Shown: piece by piece, positions 26,547-35,997 of the stretch
How the letters are laid out: every line of letters begins with the position of its first letter
Numbering within the stretch: the stretch's first letter is position 1
Source: an uncultured Thermococci archaeon
GTDB lineage: Archaea; Methanobacteriota_B; Thermococci; Methanofastidiosales; Methanofastidiosaceae
Direction: 5' to 3'
DNA: 64,000 nucleotides
Assembly (NCBI GenBank): GCA_964621955.1
Contig: CAZUMN010000002.1
Coordinates: forward strand, 4,530 to 68,529
Program-made: the position numbers and the translations under genes
Notes under the pieces: model-generated
The model's database searches: none
What the model saw: only the letters and a program-made list of their open reading frames with translations
What the model was told of the DNA's origin: nothing

Positions 26547-26822
26547 TTATTGATGGAATTTGTAATTATTAATCTTGAAAGATAATAAATAATAATTTCT
26601 TTTACATTAATTCGATAATAATGAAATAATTTATAATAATTTGTTAGTTATTTAGAAAAATATTAATTTAATATTCGCATCCTCTTTTAATTATCCGTAT
26701 ATTACCTACTCGATTTTTAAATATATTTTACCCACTAATATTTCATTTCGAATATTCTACTATCAATACCCATCTAGATAATAGTCGAAACTCTTTTATT
26801 GTTAATAAATATTAATTCAGAT

Positions 26823-27233
26823 ATGAAAACAAGAATGTTTGTTATCGCTGATACCTCATCATTAACTCCTCAAACAGTAATCAACTATATTGTAAGCCTT
26901 GGAAAGACTTTGAATATCAAAGATACATGTTATGGCATCATGGTAGAGGGGGATGACGATGTTGTTGAGAATATCACACTAAAGGTAAGGGAAAAATTTA
27001 ATGCTGATATATTCTCAAAGCACAGAGCTTACCCAATAGGAGATGAAAGAAGATGCAGGGCCACAAGGGGTGGTGGAGCAAGACCTGGGTATTATTTTCT
27101 TCAAGAAGAGTACAAATTATTGCCTCTTATCTCTAATGTATTGAAAAAAGGAAGATTTAAAACTATAGATAAAAAGAAGAAAAAACCTGTTGATGTAGAT
27201 ATACTGAAGAAAGCTATTAAAGAGATGGTGTAA
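26823..27233 (+). CDS. Methanogenesis marker protein 6-like (assignment by size and order in the Mmp cluster)
   Basis: About 136 aa from the ATG at 26823. It contains ...[15 protein letters not shown].... First gene of a tightly packed five-gene cluster that contains a BadF/BcrAD-type ATPase. Confidence 0.45.
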   Translation: MKTRMFVIADTSSLTPQTVINYIVSLGKTLNIKDTCYGIMVEGDDDVVENITLKVREKFNADIFSKHRAYPIGDERRCRATRGGGARPGYYFLQEEYKLLPLISNVLKKGRFKTIDKKKKKPVDVDILKKAIKEMV

Positions 27234-27235
27234 AG

Positions 27236-27670
27236 ATGAAAATTTTTATTTATCCCCCAAACAGCATGATATTGCAGGACTTAGTCGAGAGATTCGGGCA
27301 CACTCCACTTGCTCTTGCAAAAGAGATAGAAAGGAGAGTAAATGATCCAGAACTTGACTCCCCACCAATGAATATAACAGACATAGATGTAAAAATAGGA
27401 TTAAAGTACGCAGCAATTGAAGTTCCATCAGGTGTCAGGGGCAGGCTTGCGATGTTTGGGCCATTAATTGACGAGGCAGAAGCTGCTATTATTGTCAATA
27501 ACTTTCCATCTACATTTGGGTGCATGGCATGTGCCAGAACAAATGAGCTTACTATTTATTTGATCAAACAGAGGAGAGTTCCAACACTGGAGCTTGATTA
27601 TCCTACAAATGAGGAAGAAGTGGAAGATTTTATTGCAAGAATTAAAAATTTCCTGGAGGGCTTAAAATGA
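27236..27670 (+). CDS. Methanogenesis marker protein 5-like
   Basis: [22 protein letters not shown]... is the N-terminus as I recall it for Mmp5. There is a 2-nt gap to the upstream gene and an ATGA overlap with the downstream gene. Confidence 0.5.
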   Translation: MKIFIYPPNSMILQDLVERFGHTPLALAKEIERRVNDPELDSPPMNITDIDVKIGLKYAAIEVPSGVRGRLAMFGPLIDEAEAAIIVNNFPSTFGCMACARTNELTIYLIKQRRVPTLELDYPTNEEEVEDFIARIKNFLEGLK

Positions 27671-28884
27671 TTAAGATAGCTCAGCTTTCATGTGGTAATG
27701 ATTACAGCGGCATACAAAAAGAAATTGAAAAGGCCGCAGAAACAGTCGGCGCCAAGATAGTATTTCCTGATGTTGACATTGATTTTGATGAGGCAATAGA
27801 AGATTTTGGATTCAATCCAGTAAGCCCTGGATTAAAACTAATGGTTGCAAGGGCAAAAGCATTGGCAGATAAAACATTTGAAGCAGATGCTGTATTGATA
27901 GCTACATGCTTTAGATGTGCAGAAGGTGCTTTAATCAGAAATGAACTAAGGAGATACCTCCAGAAGCACACAAAACTTCCAGTCGTCATGTATTCGTTCA
28001 CTGAAAATACAAAGGCAAGCGTTCTTCTAATAAGAATGGAAGCATTAGTTACAATAGTAAAAAGAAAGGATCTATTGGCCAGAGAAAGGCAAGTCGGGAT
28101 CACAATGGGCCTTGACTCAGGATCAGCTACAACAAAGGCAGTCATAATGCAGGACAATCAAATTGTTTCTAAGTTCTGGCATCCAACTTTGGGGGTGCTT
28201 GAATCAGCTGAGAAGGCGGTAGCTGAAGCGCTCAAGATAGCCAAGATGGAGTTTAAAGATATAGAGTCAATAGGTACAACAGGGTACGGCAGATATATTC
28301 TTGGAGAGCATTTCAAAGCTAAACTTGTCCAGGAAGAAGTAACTGTAAACTCCAAAGGCGCAGTTTTCCTTGCCAACAAACAGAAAGGGGAAGCTACAAT
28401 CCTTGATATCGGTGGAATGGATAACAAAGCAGTAACAGTTATGGACGGTATACCTGATAGCTTTACAATGGGTGGAATATGTGCAGGTGCTTCAGGGAGA
28501 TTCCTTGAAACTGCAGCAAAGAGGCTTGGTCTTGAAATAGCCGAATTTGGAGACCTTGCGGCAAAGGGAGAGCTTCACAAAGTGCCAATGAACAGTTATT
28601 GTACAGTCTTTGGTATCCAGGGATTAGTCTCTGCGCTAGCAGAAGGTTACACTAAAGAAGATGTGGCAGCCGCAGCATGCAGGAGCGTTGCCGAGCAGAT
28701 TTATCAGCAGCAGCTTCAGGAAATTGATGTAAGGTTTCCAGTGATTCAAGTAGGCGGTACCTCACTTCTAAAAGGACTTGTAAGGGCAGTTGGCGATATT
28801 CTAAAGACAGAACCTTTAGTTCCAGAAAATTCCCAGTACATCGGTGCAGTTGGCGGGGCCTTACTCTGCTCAGGATTTATCTAA
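27667..28884 (+). CDS. Methanogenesis marker protein 15-like (BadF/BadG/BcrA/BcrD-type ATPase domain)
   Basis: ASKHA/BcrAD motifs [26 protein letters not shown] and [17 protein letters not shown]. An extra N-terminal domain of about 140 aa is present. Confidence 0.7.
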   Translation: MIKIAQLSCGNDYSGIQKEIEKAAETVGAKIVFPDVDIDFDEAIEDFGFNPVSPGLKLMVARAKALADKTFEADAVLIATCFRCAEGALIRNELRRYLQKHTKLPVVMYSFTENTKASVLLIRMEALVTIVKRKDLLARERQVGITMGLDSGSATTKAVIMQDNQIVSKFWHPTLGVLESAEKAVAEALKIAKMEFKDIESIGTTGYGRYILGEHFKAKLVQEEVTVNSKGAVFLANKQKGEATILDIGGMDNKAVTVMDGIPDSFTMGGICAGASGRFLETAAKRLGLEIAEFGDLAAKGELHKVPMNSYCTVFGIQGLVSALAEGYTKEDVAAAACRSVAEQIYQQQLQEIDVRFPVIQVGGTSLLKGLVRAVGDILKTEPLVPENSQYIGAVGGALLCSGFI

Positions 28885-28897
28885 AGGGGATTAGATA

Positions 28898-29440
28898 ATG
28901 GAAATAATTGTTGAAGGTCTGCCAGAAAAAGAATCCCAAGGTTATGTCGCTTTGATAAATGACATAATGAGGGAATTTGAGATAAGACGGAGTATAGAAA
29001 AGGTATACTTCTATGGCGATACCGAAAATTTTGTATTTATTACATCAATTAGGATAAAAAAAGTTCTTGAACCTTTGAGGATAGAAGACGTTGCCATCTA
29101 CAGTACAGAAAAAGAGATCCTGTCTGTTGAGGACGAGTTTTACGTTCCAAAGATATTATCACTGTTATGGGCAATTTCAAAGGAAGGGATAGAGCAGGCC
29201 GATAGAACTGAGATCAAAATCCCGGCTAGTATATTCAATAAGATAAAATCTGAAGTCGTCTACTACCCTACAGAGGATTTGAAGAAAAACGTTCAGGAAG
29301 CAATCAATAGGGTATTACCTGAGGCCGCTAGAATCAAATACATCCTCTCGGCAGAAAAGACTATCACAGTCGCATCAAGCGAAAATGCACTTTCAGAAGA
29401 AAGCAAAAAGCTTGCTCAAAAGTTTCATGAGAGGGATTAG
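28898..29440 (+). CDS. Methanogenesis marker protein 17-like
   Basis: 180 aa. The position after the Mmp15-like gene matches the Mmp17 position in the conserved cluster. There is no independent motif. Confidence 0.45.
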   Translation: MEIIVEGLPEKESQGYVALINDIMREFEIRRSIEKVYFYGDTENFVFITSIRIKKVLEPLRIEDVAIYSTEKEILSVEDEFYVPKILSLLWAISKEGIEQADRTEIKIPASIFNKIKSEVVYYPTEDLKKNVQEAINRVLPEAARIKYILSAEKTITVASSENALSEESKKLAQKFHERD

Positions 29441-29450
29441 GTGAGAATCA

Positions 29451-30368
29451 ATGTTTAAGATGGCATTATTCGAGGGTGGACTTCACAGGGCTGATGAGTT
29501 AGAAGATCTTGTAGACGATCTTGGGGGATTTTTAATCCAGAAAAATGTAACTCAAATTGATATTACTCTAATCATTTCTGTGCCTGCTGAGGATTATGAA
29601 CTTGTCGTGAAAAAAGCAAAGGATCTAAGGGGAAAAATTGTAGAAGTCCCGCTTGCAGGCTCAGAAGTCACAATTGTAGCTCCTTCACTTGGAAAGCACC
29701 ACCTGCCCCACCCAGTGTGTGATATATCAGAATACATCAGAAGGAACGGTGCTGTGACAAATGTCATGGGGCTTGCAAGGGGTGTAGGGCAACGAATCAA
29801 TCAGATAACTGCCACAGAGAAAGGGATGATTGAAGAGGCCGATGTTGCGGTCTACTCACTTGGAAACTTCAGCAGGTGCCTTATGAAAAAGACCCATCTT
29901 TTCATGGATATTGATATACCTGTAGTTGTTCTCGGGGGACCAGAGCAGTTCAATATTGAAGGCCTTGATTATTATGTGGGTGGTATTGGGAGAAGGAGCC
30001 AGAGATTGAGGCAGAAGTTTGACCTTGACATATTTGATGTCATGGTCGGTGAAATCTCAAAGGCGGTAGAAAAAAGGAGAAGGGAAATAGATGAAGACCC
30101 CCTGATACTAGAGCCAATATATCTTAAGAAGATTTTAGAAGAAAATGTCGAAGGCATAGACAAGATTATTTCTCCGATTCCCATAGTGCTTAATGTAGAC
30201 GGCGTCAAGGTAAAGATGCCATTTGCTCAGTTTAAGGAAAAGATAAAGAACGTTGAATTTGACGGCAGGAAGATAGAAGAGTACGCCAATATTTACCAGT
30301 CACCCTACACCGGATTTACAATACTAAAGATTTTTACAAAATCCTATTTTGACTCCCTAAAAAAATAA
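29451..30368 (+). CDS. Methanogenesis marker protein 7-like
   Basis: 305 aa. The N-terminus is ALFEGGLHRADELEDLVDDLGGFLIQ. It is the last gene of the cluster. Confidence 0.5.
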   Translation: MFKMALFEGGLHRADELEDLVDDLGGFLIQKNVTQIDITLIISVPAEDYELVVKKAKDLRGKIVEVPLAGSEVTIVAPSLGKHHLPHPVCDISEYIRRNGAVTNVMGLARGVGQRINQITATEKGMIEEADVAVYSLGNFSRCLMKKTHLFMDIDIPVVVLGGPEQFNIEGLDYYVGGIGRRSQRLRQKFDLDIFDVMVGEISKAVEKRRREIDEDPLILEPIYLKKILEENVEGIDKIISPIPIVLNVDGVKVKMPFAQFKEKIKNVEFDGRKIEEYANIYQSPYTGFTILKIFTKSYFDSLKK

Positions 30369-30376
30369 TCTAATAA

Positions 30377-31765
30377 TTATTTCCATTTTTTCTTAAGATA
30401 GTAAAAATAGCCTATAATTAGAGGAGTTCCAAACCCGCCGTATGCCAAGAGATTCATAGTTCTTGAAGGCAATAATCCAACTATGCCCTCAAAGATCATC
30501 ATCAATAGAAATATGGCTATTGACAACAAGACAAACCTTTTGTCAGGGAAAAACGTAACTTTTAAGCTTTTGACTATCAAGGCCATACCTATTATGCAAG
30601 ATACCATAGTTGCAAAGGCTGCGCCGTTTATATCATACCTTGGTATGAGCAGGTAGTTTAGGATTACATTTATTATAGCTATGAGCACCGTTATCTTCAT
30701 AGGGGTCCACTGTTTGCCCATAGCCTGAAGGGAAGTTGAGGCGATATAGAATATCGAGTAGAATAACATGGCAATTGACAAAAGTTTTAGTACCCATTCC
30801 CCTTCATTAACCCCAAAGAGGAAATATATTATTGGATTTGAAAATGCAAAAAGAGAAAGTGCAACTGGGAGCGTAACATTAAAGGATGCTTTAAGTGAAA
30901 CTAGAATGCTATTAATCCCTTCCTTTTCTATTGATTTTAATTTTGATAGCTCAGGCAGCAATACTGCAGAAAGGGCAATTGCAAACGAGGGAACAATACC
31001 TGCCGTTGGCGAAGCCATACCATAAATCCCAACAGTCTTCGGTCCGAAGAAGTGGGCCAGAATGTAAATATCTGCATTGAAGAGTAGCACAAGGCTCAAA
31101 GAGAATATTGAGACTGGAACTGCAAATACTAAGATTTTCTTAAACTCCTTGAAATTCTCACTCTTTACAGTTAGTTTGACGCCGCTCTTTAGAACTAGCA
31201 AAAATGATACTATTATTCCGATTAAATATCCCCCCACAAGTGCCGCCGACGCACCTGAAACTCTGAAGATGTAAGAAAGTGGCACTGAAAGCAAAAAGTA
31301 AGAGAATGAAAGAGCAAATATTGAAGCTGCCATGTAATTTACTTTTTTGACTCCAAGCAAGATTCCTGTAAACACTGAAAATAAAACACCAAGCGGTATC
31401 ACGAGGAGGATTATCTTAAGGGGTGTATCTATCCCATCTCTTATGTCGGAAGAGTAAAAACTCATTATAACTGGGGATAAAACAAAGAGCAAGATAAATA
31501 GGGCAATTCCGATAGGCACAAAAAACAGAGAAGATGAAATTTTCTCATTCTTATTTTCCGCATCGTAAATTGATGTGAATCTTGATACAGAAGGTGCAAT
31601 CCCAAATGATGAAAGAACAAGTATCATTGACTGGAAAGGCATAATTGCAGAGAGCAGCCCATATTCTGTGAGAAGGAGTATATTAGCGGTGAAAAGGGTG
31701 AAGAGATAATTTGCGACTCGTGAAAATGTATTTGCAATGAGAAGCATCAGGGATTTCTTAATCAT
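30377..31765 (-). CDS. Polysaccharide/oligosaccharide flippase (MOP/Wzx-type polysaccharide biosynthesis protein)
   Basis: 462 aa and polytopic, with about 12-14 TM helices. The N-terminal region is LLIANTFSRVANYLFTLFTANIL. Confidence 0.65.
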   Translation of the reverse strand: MIKKSLMLLIANTFSRVANYLFTLFTANILLLTEYGLLSAIMPFQSMILVLSSFGIAPSVSRFTSIYDAENKNEKISSSLFFVPIGIALFILLFVLSPVIMSFYSSDIRDGIDTPLKIILLVIPLGVLFSVFTGILLGVKKVNYMAASIFALSFSYFLLSVPLSYIFRVSGASAALVGGYLIGIIVSFLLVLKSGVKLTVKSENFKEFKKILVFAVPVSIFSLSLVLLFNADIYILAHFFGPKTVGIYGMASPTAGIVPSFAIALSAVLLPELSKLKSIEKEGINSILVSLKASFNVTLPVALSLFAFSNPIIYFLFGVNEGEWVLKLLSIAMLFYSIFYIASTSLQAMGKQWTPMKITVLIAIINVILNYLLIPRYDINGAAFATMVSCIIGMALIVKSLKVTFFPDKRFVLLSIAIFLLMMIFEGIVGLLPSRTMNLLAYGGFGTPLIIGYFYYLKKKWK

Positions 31766-31805
31766 ATAACTTTATGACTAAAGCTCTATCTTTTATCTCT
31801 TTTGT

Positions 31806-32771
31806 TTATTCTTTCAACTTTTCCCCAAGCTTTATGATGTTTGTCCTTCCCTTCTCTTCCTTTTCTATTAGCTTTCTCTTGAGTAGTTTATCCAAGACTC
31901 TTGACAGAGTTGGCTTTGAGAAGAAGGTGGTCTGCTCAAATAGTTTGGCCTGTGTCATTGAGCCGCCGTTGTCTGATATTATCTTTAAGATTCTTGATTC
32001 TCTTGGATCCAGCACATTTAGTGCTACATCTATCTTGCTGTGGCCCCTCTTTCTAGTAATTAAGAGGATTGCGATTAATCCAAAGAAGACAATGGCAGTT
32101 GACATCAAGATATACATTGCGGGGTTACTCTGTGGCTCTTCTATTGGGGGAGTTTGATCTTTAATCTGCCTTAGGACTGCGTGCTTTTCATCATAATTGG
32201 CGTTAAAAGTAAATTTTTCCCCTTCCTTTACCTCTTCCTTGTACCAGACAACAGAAACTTTATTGTCTACTGATTCAAATCTTGAAGGCGTTGGAAGAAA
32301 CTCAGACAGTACTGGGATACCTTTTTCAAAGTTAAACGCCATCTTCAGGTATCTGATATCGCAGGGGGACTCAAAAGGAAAACTCAAAACATATGAATCA
32401 TTTTTTGTAATTAGATCATTTGCATCATACTCGATTATGACAAGTATCTTCTCACCAAGCTTTATGCTGCTGTTGAAATAAAACTTGACAAATGATTCCT
32501 TGCCTATTGGTGAAGAGGACGACTCAAGAACATTTCCAGCTTCATCAACTATCTTTAAGTTGTTCACTCTGCCTGGGACGTAAAGTGAAAATCCGTTAAA
32601 ATCCGGCAATCCTAGATTTAGGAATATCATTCTAATAGTGACGTGTTCAGATTTTTCATATACATCAACGTCTATTGTGCATCCCATGCAGGCAAAATCT
32701 TCCTGAGCTTGTATGGGAATTTGGCACGATATTCCCATAATAATTAATAAAATTATAATTAATTTTTTCAT
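31806..32771 (-). CDS. Membrane-anchored winged-helix (MarR/TrmB-like) regulator with extracytoplasmic N-terminal domain
   Basis: Signal peptide MKKLIIILLIIMGIS. TM segment MYILMSTAIVFFGLIAILLI. C-terminal wHTH ILKIISDNGGSMTQAKLFEQTTFFSKPTLSRVLDKLLKRKLIEKEEKGRTN. GGTGG + 4 nt + ATG at 32771. Confidence 0.65.
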   Translation of the reverse strand: MKKLIIILLIIMGISCQIPIQAQEDFACMGCTIDVDVYEKSEHVTIRMIFLNLGLPDFNGFSLYVPGRVNNLKIVDEAGNVLESSSSPIGKESFVKFYFNSSIKLGEKILVIIEYDANDLITKNDSYVLSFPFESPCDIRYLKMAFNFEKGIPVLSEFLPTPSRFESVDNKVSVVWYKEEVKEGEKFTFNANYDEKHAVLRQIKDQTPPIEEPQSNPAMYILMSTAIVFFGLIAILLITRKRGHSKIDVALNVLDPRESRILKIISDNGGSMTQAKLFEQTTFFSKPTLSRVLDKLLKRKLIEKEEKGRTNIIKLGEKLKE

Positions 32772-32788
32772 AAGGCCACCATTCATCC

Positions 32789-33169
32789 ATGCCGGATGTA
32801 TATATTACAATTAATTGGCTATTATTTAAGATTTTTCCCAACCAAAAGAAAAGGCTTTTAAATTTTTGGGTATTTTTTGTAACAATGGTGCTTTATATAC
32901 TCAAGTGGGTCGTGGGCATGATTGTTCTGGCCGTGGGCCTGTTATTTGGATTGTCCATAGCCCTCAATGCAAAATCTACAGATGTATACATGATTTCAGG
33001 AGCTACAATGATTGCCATATCATTCATGATTGTTGGCGGTAATATCTTCTTAATGGGATCGTCAGATATGAAAAAGAAGAAAGAAATAAAGAAGAATAAA
33101 GAGCTTTTGTCAAAGGCCGAAGTCCTTTCTTCGAAAAAGAGGATAGATTCATACAGGAACATCAGATGA
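32789..33169 (+). CDS. Hypothetical small membrane protein
   Basis: Two predicted TM helices and a Lys-rich tail. The start is uncertain, there is no strong SD, and the gene may be shorter. Confidence 0.3.
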   Translation: MPDVYITINWLLFKIFPNQKKRLLNFWVFFVTMVLYILKWVVGMIVLAVGLLFGLSIALNAKSTDVYMISGATMIAISFMIVGGNIFLMGSSDMKKKKEIKKNKELLSKAEVLSSKKRIDSYRNIR

Positions 33170-34001
33170 GTTCAATCCCATATATCTCTTCAATTAGGTA
33201 TCTGTGTATATAATCAATATCTTCCTTTGATAGAATTCCTTTCTCAAACAGTTTCTTAGTAGTTTTAGGGACAGTTTTAGGGCCAACAACAGCACCCGGT
33301 CTCTCGTTATCATCAATATAGTCTGTTTCCATCAAAAATCGCCGTCCTTCTTCACAAGCCTTCATGATATTCTTCTCTCTTGCAATAATTGATGGATAAA
33401 TCCCGATCTTCTCGCAGACAGAAACCATTGGCGGTGAAAAATGCTTGATTATTTTTACTGGGTCTCCGTGTTTTTTTACTAGCTCTCCCAGTTCTATAAA
33501 CTTATTCTCATCAAATGTTTCAGTGTGAAGCTGCACGGGGCATTTTAATCTCTTTGAAACCTTTAACACTTCGATTAGAAATTGATTTGAAATATCTGTA
33601 ATCTCTTTTTCCACATCATAATGCGGTCTTCCGACTTCCCCTATGCCAAATGCCAAGCCATCAGAAATTCTTTTTTCAATTTCATTTAGGGCTTCCAAAG
33701 CTATTTCAAATGCTTTCTCTTTCCCAAAGTCGAGTATAAGATGATGAAATTCTGCAGGGTGCAGCCCTATTATGGGATAGGACTTTGCATCAGTTTCCTT
33801 GTTTATTTTATTAGAAAGTTCAATTACGTAATCATAGGCCTTCCCAAAGTCTTTGCCAGTTTTTACTTTAGTTCCGGAGTCATAAGCAGTTTTATAGACA
33901 AGCATGAAATGTGTGCCACCTGCTGACGAAAATTCCCTAACGGCATCAAGCCCCATACCTCTCAGGGGGTCAATATGCATGTGGTTATCAGTTATGAACA
34001 T
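33162..34001 (-). CDS. TatD-related metal-dependent hydrolase (TIM-barrel)
   Basis: The N-terminal segment MFITDNHMHIDP carries the HxH motif (HMH). Later motifs are ...GIGEVGRPHY...VQLHTE... Confidence 0.7.
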   Translation of the reverse strand: MFITDNHMHIDPLRGMGLDAVREFSSAGGTHFMLVYKTAYDSGTKVKTGKDFGKAYDYVIELSNKINKETDAKSYPIIGLHPAEFHHLILDFGKEKAFEIALEALNEIEKRISDGLAFGIGEVGRPHYDVEKEITDISNQFLIEVLKVSKRLKCPVQLHTETFDENKFIELGELVKKHGDPVKIIKHFSPPMVSVCEKIGIYPSIIAREKNIMKACEEGRRFLMETDYIDDNERPGAVVGPKTVPKTTKKLFEKGILSKEDIDYIHRYLIEEIYGIELI

Positions 34002-34048
34002 TAAAATAATTTGAGCTGGACTATTATTAATAGTTTTGCAATTCTTCC

Positions 34049-34402
34049 CTAGACGGGAAATAATATTTTATCCCCTGGCTTGATATTATGTTTCTTTATA
34101 GAGCCTTGTGGCATCTCAATAAAGTATTTTGCTTTACCTTTGTGCCCCGTGTGGAATGAGAAAGATTTTACATTTTCCTTTGTATCTATGACTTCAAATT
34201 TAGAGTTAATCCATAAAACATCAATTGAGAAAAAAACAAACATCATTGTTATTGCGGCTTTCCTTTCCTTACCCAGAACAAAGATATATGCTTCGTTTGA
34301 TTCAGATATATCTTTTCTAAACATCAGCCCTCTAGATAGTTCAAAAAAGTTTCTTTGATAGGTCAGCTTACCAAAAATTTGTGATAGGTCATGAGAAGGC
34401 AT
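34049..34402 (-). CDS. DUF192-family protein
   Basis: SRGLMFRK...MMFVFFSIDVLWINSKFEVID...AKYFIEMPQGSIKKHNIKPGDKI follows the DUF192 pattern. Confidence 0.65.
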   Translation of the reverse strand: MPSHDLSQIFGKLTYQRNFFELSRGLMFRKDISESNEAYIFVLGKERKAAITMMFVFFSIDVLWINSKFEVIDTKENVKSFSFHTGHKGKAKYFIEMPQGSIKKHNIKPGDKILFPV

Positions 34403-34604
34403 TATACAGACTACGGAGGCCCAATTAAAAAAGTATCTAAATTCACAGAAAGATTTATAAATAGTAACACGTTTATATATATTAGTGTTACTGGCATATA
34501 GTATTCCGCCATATAGAGCTTAATAAATCTATATGGCCTTTTTATCTCAAATATTTTTTAGGCTACATATAAAACTTTTTAAATCAATACTAACTCCTTT
34601 CATT

Positions 34605-35132
34605 ATGGAACAAATGAAAGAATTCCTTCTCGTGACTACTCCCACAGCTAGGCAGTTTGACGGGATATGGGAAGTAGAATGGGCATTGGAAGGAGAGATC
34701 TTTGAAATTAAAAAAACGAAGTTCAAGGGAGTTCTCCTTGTAAAGTGCAAGAATGCCAGAAAAGCCGCCGAGATGCTAAGGGATTATGAAACAAGTGCCA
34801 TCCACCGAGTGTTGCCATTTGACAGGTATATCAACACGGACATGAATCTGATAACAGTTGAAGCAACTGATGTTGCAGTGCCTAAGATCTTCAAAAGTGA
34901 CACCTTTGCCGTGAGGTGCAAGAAAAGGGGCAAGGCCAACTTCAAGTCACAGGATCTTGAAAGAGAAATCGGTGCAAAAATCGTTGAAGCAACAGGTGCA
35001 AAGGTAAATCTTGAAGACCCCGATATAAAGGTCATCATTCAGGTAATTGATAAAAAAACAGGTATTTCAGTTTTAAAAAGAGAAGAGATTATTAGAAAAG
35101 ATGTCCTTGAAGAAGACGCAGATTCGTTCTAA
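34605..35132 (+). CDS. THUMP-domain RNA-binding protein
   Basis: TFAVRCKKRGKANFKSQDLEREIGAKIVEATGAKVNLEDPDIKVIIQVIDKKTGISV. The ATG at 34605 is preferred over 34533. Confidence 0.7.
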   Translation: MEQMKEFLLVTTPTARQFDGIWEVEWALEGEIFEIKKTKFKGVLLVKCKNARKAAEMLRDYETSAIHRVLPFDRYINTDMNLITVEATDVAVPKIFKSDTFAVRCKKRGKANFKSQDLEREIGAKIVEATGAKVNLEDPDIKVIIQVIDKKTGISVLKREEIIRKDVLEEDADSF

Positions 35133-35416
35133 AGCAATTTTTTCTTTAATCCCTTAACATCTTTACTTATACTGCCTATCGCTTCAAGAAGCACATCTTT
35201 TGGTGATACTGTGCCGTCTGTATTAATTATGAACATTGGTCTTTTTCGATCAAGAAGAGGATGGTCAATTCTGTAAGCTGCCACCTTCACTTTTTTATTT
35301 TGTAACAATTCCTCTCTTAATATGTTGCATAATGTATGGTCTTCACCAATAATCCTAAACTCTAGGAAACTACCTTCACTTTTAATTACTTCTATATCCA
35401 AATTAACCACCTGCAT
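35129..35416 (-). CDS. rpoL: DNA-directed RNA polymerase subunit L (Rpo11)
   Basis: LEFRIIGEDHTLCNILREELLQNKKVKVAAYRIDHPL. Confidence 0.88.
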   Translation of the reverse strand: MQVVNLDIEVIKSEGSFLEFRIIGEDHTLCNILREELLQNKKVKVAAYRIDHPLLDRKRPMFIINTDGTVSPKDVLLEAIGSISKDVKGLKKKLL

Positions 35417-35993
35417 ACTCTCTTAGATATGAAAGAGCATCATCATAGCTTATATTTAAAGATACCGTTTCTGTATCGTTAAAAATCTTTTCGTCTATTC
35501 CTACACTCAAAAGCTCTGAAGACAACATCTCATATTCAATTGCAACTCTCACGATGATTTCTGTCACCGGTTTTGATACTCCGCCCAGATCTTCTAATAG
35601 GTAGGATATCTCTCTTGCAGCATTGGCAGCAACTGAAACGTGTGCTGTAGAAACTACATTCTCCTTTTCTACTTCAAATGAGTATCCCTTGTCAATTAGG
35701 ACCGCTTTAAGAAGTTTTACAGGAACAGTTGTGCCAGCTATCTTAGAAATGCTATCTAGGTTGTAGGAGAAAATCCCCTTTTCTTCCTTGATTTCTTTTT
35801 CCTTTATCTCTTCTAAGAAACTTTTAATTGAATAGACTAAATCCCCCATACTGCCGGGATTTAAAACTTTAACCTTTAACGTATCATCTGCTACATTAAA
35901 AGATATATCTTCAAATTTAGAAAGAAAACGGGCAATTTCAACTTTTTGATTGCCCTTAATTTTAAAACTTAAGACTCTTGTTTTTCTTTTCAT
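35403..35993 (-). CDS. Conserved hypothetical protein of the Csl4-RpoL operon
   Basis: 196 aa. It overlaps the rpoL start and lies 4 nt after csl4. No motif recognised. Confidence 0.5.
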   Translation of the reverse strand: MKRKTRVLSFKIKGNQKVEIARFLSKFEDISFNVADDTLKVKVLNPGSMGDLVYSIKSFLEEIKEKEIKEEKGIFSYNLDSISKIAGTTVPVKLLKAVLIDKGYSFEVEKENVVSTAHVSVAANAAREISYLLEDLGGVSKPVTEIIVRVAIEYEMLSSELLSVGIDEKIFNDTETVSLNISYDDALSYLREYAGG

Positions 35994-35997
35994 CTTA

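Larger units (their letters stand above)
21800..26800. other. AT-rich genomic island carrying a four-gene candidate defence operon
   Basis: Spot GC counts of 60-nt lines inside the island are 17/60 (23401), 11/60 (24601) and 14/60 (25501). Flanking lines give 23/60 (21301) and 28/60 (28501). The proteins are strongly N/K/I/Y-rich. I found no integrase, transposase, tRNA or flanking direct repeat. Confidence 0.6.

Noticed and set aside
27702-28427. Minus-strand ORFs of 151 and 89 aa
   Set aside because: They lie antisense to the Mmp15-like ATPase gene, which has clear ASKHA motifs.
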